This document shows, piece after piece, positions 24,901 to 35,500 of a stretch of 64,000 bases of DNA. The position numbers were made by a program, and so were the translations under genes. The stretch spans positions 1,550,001-1,614,000 of the forward strand of contig CM102284.1 in NCBI GenBank assembly GCA_046563655.1. Direction: 5' to 3'. The number at the start of each line of letters is the position of its first letter. Within the stretch, counting starts at the first letter, position 1. Source of the DNA: Yuukianura sp. NJ FZ-2021 (lineage: Eukaryota). The notes below the pieces were generated by a model. The model had not been told where the DNA came from. It searched no databases and saw nothing but the letters and a program-made list of their open reading frames with translations.

Positions 24901-27398
24901 TGAGAAGTAACAACAGAAGTTGTACTTTGACTATGACTTTCGTCTGTAACAAAGTCATAGTACAAGTAAAAGTAACTTTGACTGAAATAACAACTTATCC
25001 ATTAACTATTTCACAAGATTTTGAATTTCCATACTTCCGAGTCTCGACTTATTGTCAAGCAGTGGTGACGTAAAATCAGCTGCAGCAATTCTCAAAATTG
25101 ACACCGAATGGCGCCAAAATCGAATTCCGGTTTTCCTTCCAAATGATACCAGGAACAGAAGTGTAGTAAATTCACATTCATTTGGAAATGACATTCCGTC
25201 AGTCATCATGCGTAATACGGCAGTTACAACTGCGTCGAACCCGGTTTCAAGTGGACCGTTAATCGTAACGGCGTAGGCTCTAATGTTAAGTGCAATGGCC
25301 ATAAGATGAAACAGTGAAAGCCGCTCGTTTTCACCATGACGTCGACCCTCTTCAACGATTTCTACTGTTAGCCATGCGTGGAGTAGCAAAACAAGCGATT
25401 TGTTCAGAACAAATTGCGTCCAAATCCCGGTTTTGTTCCAAGGTTTTTGAAAACAGGCAATTTGTGATGCACGGAGTACTGCGCCGCCGGCAATCGTGAC
25501 GGCCATGAAAATATGTGCAGACTCTGCATGCATTTCCTCCCTCTCGAAATGATTAATCAGTGCAGTAATGATCACTGAGAGGATCAATACTGCTGCGGTG
25601 GCTAGCATGCAAGACTTCCCCCGTAGATTGAAACTGCCGCCAAATTTTGAAGCGAGAGACATAAAGGAACCTGCGAGATAAAAAACTGACAAATTTGTGA
25701 TATAAAATAATTCCGACGATTTACCTGAAATATTCTTTAAAACTGTAACTTCTAACTAAAAATTAGGCAAAACTTAGCTTACAATTAGTTTATCATGAGC
25801 ATTACTTGTGTCAAGGAGGATGAGAAATCCAAAGGCACATTGGAGAATGACTCCTTCTGGATCATGTGACCCAATGACGAAAACGACTAGAACGTACATG
25901 AAATTCAAACACAACCCAAGGAACGAACCGAAGTAAAAGTATGATGGAGCTCCGCCTAATTCCGACAATAGCTAAGAAAAGTAATTAAAAATTGAGTTAA
26001 TTACAAAAGTTAATCAAAACTGGAATTTAAAATTTTGCGAAGTAAGGATTAGCAACCGTCTTTGTAGCCGTACAGCGTAGCCTCCTGACCCCATCTTGTG
26101 CTGGCTAGGATAAGTGGCTGCACGTACAGTGGCAACAGTTGTAACCGCTCGAACTTAAGAAATCCCAAACCTAATGTGGCAACATTAGGAGCCGCTAGTG
26201 TAGCCACCCATTGTAATTGCTGAGTGGCTGCACTATGTGGCTACAATCACGGTTGTAAACCTTACTGCAACTCAAAAGGCTCATTTTTTTATTTTTACCG
26301 TCTCCATTGTCCATGGTAAGAGTGCATCCAGCGGCGGAAGAAATCCGAGGCCCCAAGCAATGGGAAGGAGGCTCAAACTCAACAAGGATGGGCAGCCATC
26401 AACTTCGAATGTCAGGAAACTAAACCAAACAATTTTTTAAAATGTGAAATGAAATTTTAAGTCCGAAATTTCAAAAATTTTACCCCGTATGAAAAGCGTA
26501 AACAAGGCCAATAAATGTGCAGTAGAAGGGACGGTGTAGTGCAGACTTTTTTTGGCTCGTGTCAAAAGTGGCAATCTCAGGTGGAGCGCTAAGTGTAGCA
26601 CTGAATCTCGAATTGCTCAAAACAAAAACCGCCAAAATTCGAAGAGCTATTGCATTTCCATTTTCAAAAATGAGAGCCGAGTTTACCGAAAATGCCACCG
26701 TAGAACACAGAACTGCAAAAATGTAGCGTAGATTTAGGGCTGCGTTTGGCGCCACAAATGACCAAGTGCTAGTAGCCAGCCATCCTTCAAAGTTGACCTG
26801 TCAAAAATTCAAACCAAAAATTTGGTTTGAGTTTGGAAAACTTTAAGAAAAATACGCTGTCAACTTTTTGATACTAGAAAGTTGCAGCACACATTGAGAA
26901 AAAACTATCATTTCTTAAAGATTTCTCAAAAGATCAAATATTTTTTTAACCCTTAAACGTCAAAATTCGAATAACTGGGTCAAATCAAATACTGGTCAAA
27001 ATTTCAATCTTAGAGCTTAGGTCAAAAGGTCTGCAAAGCCTTGGTGAAAAACGTTTGCTTACTAAATCCTCTTGTGCAAATAGCGTCATTTCCATCGATG
27101 GACATCTTGGTCTGACTACGTTTCTGTCTTTCTTGAGTGCCAAAACCACTCCTACAACAATCACTTCCACAAAGAGCAGCGACACAGTAAATGTCAAAAT
27201 TTTCCAATGAAGTTCAAGGTCACGTGAGCTGCAAGATTCAACTACCAGCAAAATCATAATTGGCACAAGAAAAAGTAGAATTTGAATCACAGTTAACTGG
27301 AAAGGCACAGAGAGGAGTCTCGGCCCTCCAAACAAATTTTGGCAAATTCGTTTCCCTGCAAAACCCATTTTGTACTCACTCAGAAGTGGTGGCGACAT
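21953..27398 (-). CDS. PCNX4: Pecanex-like protein 4, multi-exon
   Basis: The N-terminus MSPPLLSEYKMGFAGKRICQNLFGGPRL matches the PCNX4 start. Internal STLTPLFTLPIFILGFPRPISFW and GVKGLELQEQTSCHH. Pecanex C-terminus VLEGIWANLNLELLYLTSDDDERFSIQ/HDRHLMRNLCTEGADTPLGYPVY; stop TGA at 21955-21953. Internal exon borders not all resolved. Confidence 0.88.
24011..25000. mobile_element. Non-autonomous TIR element in a pecanex intron (PIF/Harbinger-like, ATT TSD), with an internal foldback at ~24380-24825
   Basis: ~49-bp imperfect TIR GGATAAGTTGTTATTCTAGTCAAAGTAACTTTTACTTGTAC vs GTACAAGTAAAAGTAACTTTGACTGAAATAACAACTTATCC; ATT on both flanks. Confidence 0.75.
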
Positions 27399-28025
27399 TT
27401 TCAAAAACTAAAATTTTGACAGATCAAAATTGTCCAACATTCCGAAACGGAAACTAACAAAAAACTAGGAAACATAATGCCTTGACCTAACATTATACCT
27501 TGTCTAATTCTTTTGTTGTTTTGAACATCACCAAGACAACGCTTGTTTTTCAACATGCAATTCGATGATATTGATCCCCTTGAGTCAATACTTGAGAGAA
27601 AAGAAAAAGTCTTTGGTTCGGGAAAGTGTGCCTTGAATACACAAAATTATTGAACCTAATCGCCTTTTATCGATACGAACAATTTTGAAATTCCGCGTAA
27701 TTTGAATTTCAAAATGCCTCTGCTTCACAAAATATTTATGAATCTTGGGCTTCCGTTTTCTATAAGAAATTTTTTATAATTTGACTACAGAGCAGAAACA
27801 TGTTATTGGAAATTGTACAGACACTTTTCAATTTTTTTTCACAACGCATTATGACAATTTTCTGTAAAAAAAATTGTTGCAACTCAAATTTTGTCCTTTA
27901 TTTTGAAAGTCTTCAATCATAAAGTTAAAAAATTTCAGGTTAGACAAATGTTGGCAATTTGAAACAGTCCGGTATCGCAATTTTTTCCGCAAATTGTAGG
28001 AGTCGTGATCACTAGGTATGGTTGC

Positions 28026-28814
28026 TCATCCTTCAACGCAGTGCTGCAAAAAAGAAAAGCATAATTTTCAAATTTTAAAAAATTTTAGTTTTAAATTTTG
28101 AATTTTACCGCAAGAAAAACGTCGTGGACGCATATGCCGACTTCCATAAAAGCGAGACAGTTTGGATCATTTGGCTGTCGAACGGCAACACCTAAAAAGA
28201 GATTCATTTTTTTGCGATTACAAATTTTAATTTGCAGCTTAAAATTGAAAAAACTAACAAGGACAAAGCCAAAACTTTTCTCATAATCCCCGAAAACGAG
28301 AAAAAAATTTTCAATTTAAAAGGTTTGTCATTTTTTAAACATTTTACCGTGATCTTTGATACACTTCTCAACTCCGTCGACAATTGGCTGTTTGACCTTG
28401 TCTGGTTTCATGACATCCATGATATACTTGTAGATTTTGTCGTGGTCCAACCCTCCCTTGTCATTCAGTAAACTCTTCTTTTCCAAAATACAAATTCCAA
28501 AACAATTGATTTTCTCCATCGGAATCTTCCAAATGCTCATAATTCCAATTTCTCGCATGCAGGCTGTAACTTGACCCAATTGAACTTCCGTCATGTTCAA
28601 ATCTTGACCGAGACATTGGATTTCCTCTTGTGCCGACGCAAACTAAACAGAAAAATTAATTTCATAGCAAAAATTCTCAATGTTCTTTTTAAAATGTTGT
28701 TTTAGAGAAATTTCTGATTGGCCAAAAACTTCACAAACATTTTCGACATACCTGAATTTCTGATACCAGAACTAGGAGCGTAACTACTCCAAGAAAAACT
28801 AATTTTGAAATCAT
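28026..28814 (-). CDS. Odorant-binding protein-like (OBP/PBP-GOBP fold), 4 exons
   Basis: Signal exon MISKLVFLGVVTLLVLVSEIQ. Cys pattern ACM..NCFGIC (C2-X3-C3)..EKCIK..NCLAFMEVGIC (C5-X8-C6), plus extra Cys at the N-terminus (IQCLG) and C-terminus (HCVEG*). Confidence 0.8.
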
Positions 28815-29629
28815 TGTGGAAAAAAATACTTTTGGTTTTTTAAATTGCAAAATTTTGTGATCAAATGAAAACTCAATTGTGTGCTTGGGATTTTAATGGG
28901 CATCGAATTTGATATTTATAGTCTGTTAATTAATGTGGCGGTCAAATTCTTTACAATTTCTCCTCTTTTGTTCAAAATTTTCTCTTTTGTTTTCAAAATT
29001 ACCAAAAAGTCAAAGTTAACGATGTGCATGTACTTTTCTTAAATAAAATTTAAATAGGTTAGGTAATTTAACCTAGAAAAAAGCTCTATTTTTGTTACGA
29101 TAATGAGCACACTCACTTTGTGTGCAAAAAAACGTTCCTCTTTGTGTATACCTATTAATTTTCATAAATTTGACTACCTTGTTGAAAAAGTATGAGTAAG
29201 CATCACCTGTTCATTTTTTTTCAAACCTGGATCCTTTAGTATATTTACTAAATTAAAACATTGAATTGATGTACTGACTAAATTTAATTGACAAAGTTTA
29301 GCCTTGGAACTGCTTTTTGTGGCTATTTGACCACATGTGTTAAGTTTTGATTAAATTCTCATGACTGAAATTTTTTTGAAACCAAGATACGTTATTGTGC
29401 TAACTTCGTATCACTTCTTTTTACAAGTGTTTGTTAAATATTTCTTGTAGCTTTTAAGAGGCTCTTGAGAAGTAAAAGATTAGATTGGAATTCAAGGTCA
29501 ATATTTTTGTAATAAGAATGACGGCACGTGATGTATGACAAATTTGAAAAACAAAGTTAGTACAATTTAGTCCATTGCAAGTTTAGTCGTATGAAAGTAT
29601 TTTAAGTGAAAGATATTATTGTCACAGCC

Positions 29630-31363
29630 ATGGCTCCAAGTGTAAGCCCCTACATCTCTGAAATTACTACCAAAGTTCAAAAAATTTTAGTTGAAGAATT
29701 AAAATTTGAAAATGTGGAAAACGTTAGTTTAAAGTTTCCAGAAGAACTAAAAGGAGAACACTTTGCAACGGAAACTGTCTACGTACAAGTCAAATTCAAT
29801 GGCGGGGAAACTCAAAATTTGTTTCTCAAAATTCCGTCAGACAACCAAGCTCACCAAAAACTAATGAGAGAAATCAGGGTCATGGAGAAAGAAAGTACAT
29901 TCTATAATGAATTTTTGCCTGCTGCACAAAAGTTTTGTGCGGAAAGAGGGTAAAATGCTTGTTTGAAATTTTTAGTCAACATGTTCGTAAAGACTTTTAC
30001 AAAATTTTTCAAAAGTATATCTAACAAACTCCATTTTCGTTTGCAATTTTAAAATATTTAGATGTGGAAACATCTTGGACTTTTTCCCGCCATGCTTGTA
30101 CGCTGACAACGACATGGTACTTTTGAAAAACCTTGTGTTGGACGACGGATACGAAATGTTGTCAAAGTTGGAACAGCAAGACTATGAATCAGCAAAGTAA
30201 TAAGCATTTTATAGTCTTAAGTATATAATTTATGACTCTAATTAGTAATTATTATAATTAGTTATAAATGTGGTATTTACGGCAATATAAATCGCACAAA
30301 TTGCTACATACACAAAAACGTTTTCATATTTTGTTAAAAATTTTTTAGGTTGGTGCTAATGAATTTGGCAAAGTTTCATGCCGTATCGTACACAATGATC
30401 CAAGAATCAAATTTGGATGAATTTAAACAACGTTGGGCGGTGACTGCTGTTGATTGTCTGACGAAACACGAAATGATGGAATCACTTTTCAGCAATGGTC
30501 CGAAATTCTGTTTGGATATATTGAAAGTAATATCTAAAAATATAAAATATATAAATATATACATATACATACTACATATTTGAAGATACTTTGGTCAGAT
30601 ATGTATTGTAATATGTAATGGCATAATTTCAAATTGGTGTTATAGGTGAACCCCATAGATGGAAGTGCAGAAGCCGTGCGTTATTTGAGCGAATACACTA
30701 AAACTGTTACCGGTAAACTTGGAAAACTAGCTGAAGATTCTCTGCAAGCAAACTTGGTCACCCTTGGACACGGAGACTGTTGGAACAACAACATGCTTTT
30801 CAAAAAAGACTCAAAAACCGGACAAATTTTGAAAAACGTTTTGGTGGATCTTCAGGTGAAATTTCGGTTTCAATACATTACAGTCATTTCAAAATTCGAT
30901 TCCAAATTTTAGTCATCAAAGACTTTCGTTGTTTACCTTTCAGTGCACCAAACTAGGTTCCCCAGTGTTAGACATTGCAAATTTTTTATTCAGCAGTGTA
31001 AAATCCGGAGTTAGAAGGGAGTCTCACACCAAATTCACTCACCATTACTTTGCAACGTTTCAAAAAACGTTAGAATTGTTGCAATGTCCATGTACAATTG
31101 GATTTGAGCAGTTTATGGATGACTACCGCAAGTTCTGTGAACATGGATTTATGATGGGAATGCTGTGTCTTACTGCCATAGGAGCCATGGAGGGAATGGA
31201 TTTTGATGTAATGGGAACAGAAAATGAAGCTGACAGTGCAAACGTCTTTAACCGCCGAATTGAAAAGTGGATTGCAGCTAATCCCGAAAAAGGAAAAGAA
31301 ATTGCAGTTGAAACTGTTTTGCTCGTAGAGGAATACAAACGCCTAACTGCACAAACGACTTGA
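29630..31363 (+). CDS. Ecdysteroid-kinase-like (EcKL/CHK, DUF227) protein, copy 1, 5 exons
   Basis: Motifs GEHFAT, LFLKIP, EKESTFYNEFLP, LAKFHAVSY, Brenner motif HGDCWNNNMLFK, LVDLQ and GSPVLDIANFLFSS. GT-AG introns. Confidence 0.9.
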
Positions 31364-31925
31364 CAAGTAGACATTTTTTGACAAAATTTGACTTTTACTC
31401 TGCAATTGTGCATAATACTAATTTTTGGATACAGATGGAGATTAAGTAGAAATCAAGGTCAAGGTCACACTTTAAAGTTAGAAATAAATATACCTGTTGT
31501 AAATCCAAATCTGAAAATACTAACGGGAAAGAAATTGCAATTGAAATTGTTTTACCTGTAGAAGAATTTAAAAATTTGTTAGCAGATGAACTTCGAAAAG
31601 ATTAAATTTTTGAAAGGACTGCAGTTTTTGTTTCTTTGTTGTATTTTTTGATCGGGTGGTTACCTTTTTTTCTGCCAACGCATGACCTTCGGAAAGACAT
31701 CGATTAGATTGAGGGGTTACATGCAATGTAACCCAACCTCAAGTCAACCAGAACTTCCTCTGCCGCCGTTTCAACACACAACATCAGTCGGTCTCCCACC
31801 TTTCAACTAGCTTTCAGAACTCAAGGTTAAGCACTACAAAAAAATACTTGATATAAAGTGTTTGAAATGAATTAGTACGGTTCCGTTTGTTCAGTGGAGT
31901 GAAGCTTATTTTATTTATAAGCATC

Positions 31926-33496
31926 ATGGTTATTGAATCCCAAATTTTAAAACAAATTACTGAAATTTTAGTCGAGAAATTAAAATTTGAGAAAGTAGAG
32001 AATGTTAGTGTAAGAGTTCCGCAGGAACTTAAGGGAGAGCACTTCGCGACACAGGCTGTGTATGTTCAAATCCACTTCACTGGCGGGAAAATTCAAAATT
32101 TGTTTCTCAAAATCCCTTCGGACAATGAAAGTCATCGTAAGGTCATGAGTGAACTCAAGGTCATGGAGAAGGAATGCGCATTCTACAATGAATTTTTACC
32201 TGCAGCGCAACAGTTTTGCTCTGAAAGAGGGTATAACAGTGGAACCTTAACGTTTTGAATTTTTTTTTAAATTTTGAAAGTTTCATTCTTAAAATTTTAA
32301 ACTACTTAGGTGTGAGAACATCCTGGATTTTTTGGCGCCTTGTTTGTATGCTGATGACATCATGATACTTTTAAAGAATCTTGTTTTGGACGAAGGATTT
32401 GAAATGCTACCGAAATCAGAAGGACAAAGCGTTCAAGCAGTAAAGTAATTTTTAAAAAAAAATGAAAAAATTTCTAAAATATAGTTTGCATTTTGATTAA
32501 AATTTTAAGTCTCGCGCTATCAAGTTTGGCTAAACTCCATGCCGTATCGTACGCAATGATCCAGGAATTGAATTTGGAAAACTTCAAGCACCGTTACGCG
32601 CTGACCACTGTTGACCTCATGACAGAACACGATTTTATAAACTCCATTAATAAGGGTGCGCCGCAGTTCTGTCTGGATGTATTAAAAGTAATAAGTATAT
32701 AATTGTAAATATTACAGTTTAAGTTAATTAATTAAATTAATTAATTAATTACACTTACATTGTTTGTGGCAGACTAGCCCTGTTGACGGCAGCGAAGAAG
32801 CTGTACGTTATTTGACAGAATACAGCAAAACAGTGGGTGGTAAATTGCTAGCTGAAAAGTCTTTACAAACCAACCTGGTTACACTCACGCACGGAGATTT
32901 TTGGAACAACAACATGCTGTTCAAAAAAGATCCACAAAATGGACAACTTTTGAAAAACGTTTTGGTTGATTTTCAGGTAACTTCGAAAGTTTGATTTTAA
33001 AGTTTCCTTCAAAATTTTAATTTTATTTAAACAAAAACAATTTCATTCTGCTTTTCGTTTTTTCACAGGCAACGAAATTGGCATCTACCGTAATAGACAT
33101 TACAAATTTTTTGTAAAAAAAAATTTTTTGTTCAGCAGTGTAAAACCCAGTGTTCGACGAGAGTTTCATTCAAAATTTCTTAAGAATTATTTTGCTCAAT
33201 TTCACAAAACGTTGGAAATTTTGAACTGTTCATGTACAATTCCATTTGAAGAGTTTATGAAGGACTATCGTATGTGCTGTGAACATGGATTCTTAGTAGC
33301 TCTAGTATTTTTGACTGCAACAGGAGCTTTGGATGGCATGTATGAGGATGTGGCAGCGAAAGAAGACCATGAAGGTGGCTCCGTTTTTATTCACAGAGTT
33401 CAGAAGTGGATTCATGAAAATCCAGAAAAGGGAAGAGAAGTTGCAACTGAAATTGTTCTACTTGTAGAAGAGTACAAAAGTTTAGGTGCAACATGA
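31926..33496 (+). pseudogene. EcKL kinase copy 2, disrupted by a 17-bp insertion (33114-33130) giving TAA plus a frameshift in the last exon
   Basis: Same exon structure as copy 1, with HGDFWNNNMLFK. The last exon from 33069 reads ATKLASTVIDITNFL*, and homology resumes in another frame at FSSVKPSVRRE. Confidence 0.75.
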
Positions 33497-33599
33497 AGTT
33501 ATAAATTTTCTATATCTTTCTGCAACTCATGCTTTGAAAAAAAACATTAGCACTTGTTAACCTAACGTAACTATTTTTTTAGTAAAATTTGAGCGGACC

Positions 33600-34310
33600 A
33601 ATTGAAATTTGAGAATATGGAAAATATTTGTGTGAAGTTTCAAGAAGAGCTGAAAGAAGAACACTTTGCAACTGAAGCTGCTTACGTTCAGGTCAAATTC
33701 AATGGCGGGGAAGTTCAAAATTTGTTTCTTAAAGTTCCATCAGACAATGAAAGTCGTCAGAAACTTATGAGAGAAATCAAAGTCATGGAGAAAGAATGCG
33801 GGTTCTACAATGAGTTTTTGCCTGCTGCTCAAAAGTTTTGCACAGAAAGAGGGCAATGTGATGGCTTAAAATTTTGAAAATTTTATGAAACATTTCTATT
33901 TTGGTAAATTTCTTGCTTTTTTTTGTTCTAATTCAAAAGCGCTAGTTGCAGAAACATCCTCTGGGACTTCTTCCCGCCGTGCTTGTATGCTGACAGCGAC
34001 ATGGTACTTTTGAAAAACCTTGTGAAGGATTTGAAATTTACCAAAATTGGAACAGCCAGACTTTGAATCAGCAGAGTACTAAAAATTTATAGTCTTTAGT
34101 TACATAATTTCTCCAACTTAACCAAAAATTTCTAAATTTATGTAGTTAGCTTTATTTTTTTATTTTCCTAAAACTTTTAAGAATTGTGTTGTGAAATTTG
34201 GCAAAATTTCACTCCGTATCGTACGCAATGATTCAAGACTCAACTTTGGATGGGTTTAACCAACGTTGGGCCATGACTGTTACTGACTTTACTGAATGAT
34301 AGCTTTTCTA
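33600..34310 (+). pseudogene. Truncated, frameshifted EcKL fragment (decayed duplicate of the 5' half of the 50817-52444 gene)
   Basis: High nucleotide similarity to 50890-51610, including introns. Lacks the start codon region, has small indels in exon 2 and stops before the catalytic exon. Confidence 0.8.
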
Positions 34311-35500
34311 AAAATCAAACTACTATTCAAAATCCGAACAAAATAAAAAATCTTCAACAGTTCAAAAAATTATCATTGCAATGTAAACTGCAAAAAAAAA
34401 GTGAACGTTGGACTTACCTCTTCAACAGAGTAAGAATAATTGTTTCACAACTGGAATCCGAAGAATAGATTCACTGATGTGTCACTGTACGGAGACTGTC
34501 AAAGTTATTAATTAATGAACCAACTGCCGGAATCGGTGACTAAACCAAATGTTAATGTGACTAGTACAGAGGGGCATGCAGACGGGCGGACAAGAACTAA
34601 AACATACAGTAGGAAGCTACCTTTGCTACTTTATAATAATGAACTATTATTGAAATTGGTTGGTTTATGTAGTTCACATAGTAAAACCATAACGTATGGT
34701 CTCACGAGTATGATAAACAAATTTCCCTGACATTGACGTAGTTCCAAACATTTATTCAAAGGAGGAGACAAGAATCTTGCAAGAAAAAAACCGCAACCTA
34801 CGTGAATTAGTAGACTTCAAGGTTGTTTCTTACGTATATCAATTAATTTTCCCATTATTTTTGTATCAGTCTGGTTCTCCTTCGTCCCATCTTGATACGA
34901 ACAAAAAAAAACAAGTTAATTATTATTAATGAATTCAATAATTTACCCAATTTGATCATGAGCGCGTTATGTCTAAACTTAAGTCGACGTAATTTTAAAA
35001 AGTATAAAATCAGTCTGAAATACGGATTCATAACCACTAACCAAGTCTGTGGGATTCATCCAAAAATGGGTTCGCTATTTTAAACTTTGAGAACAAAGGA
35101 CAATAAGGTTAAGATATTTCTTAGTGTTGGAAAAAGCTAGGCATTGGATTACAAATTCTTAAGCTTGTGAACTTTTCAACGAACGAAAAAGGAAAAAATA
35201 GCGTGGGTTTGGTACAAAGTTGTTAAGGGGTCGGGTCCCTTGAGAAAAAAAAGACGCCTAAGGGACCATTAGAGTTCACCGCTCTCATTAAACCCTTTTG
35301 CAGGACTGAACATAGAAACTCACATATCATTGCACAAACCTTATAAAAACAAATTTGTTTCTAAAGTAAAAGTTATTAAAAAGTAGTTTAAAGTTTAACG
35401 CTTTGAAACAAATTCTTTTAACCAATTAAGTTTTAAATCGTGTATAGTAGAGTTTATTACACCTCACTAGTACAGAATACAAGTTTAAAGTTTCAACAAC

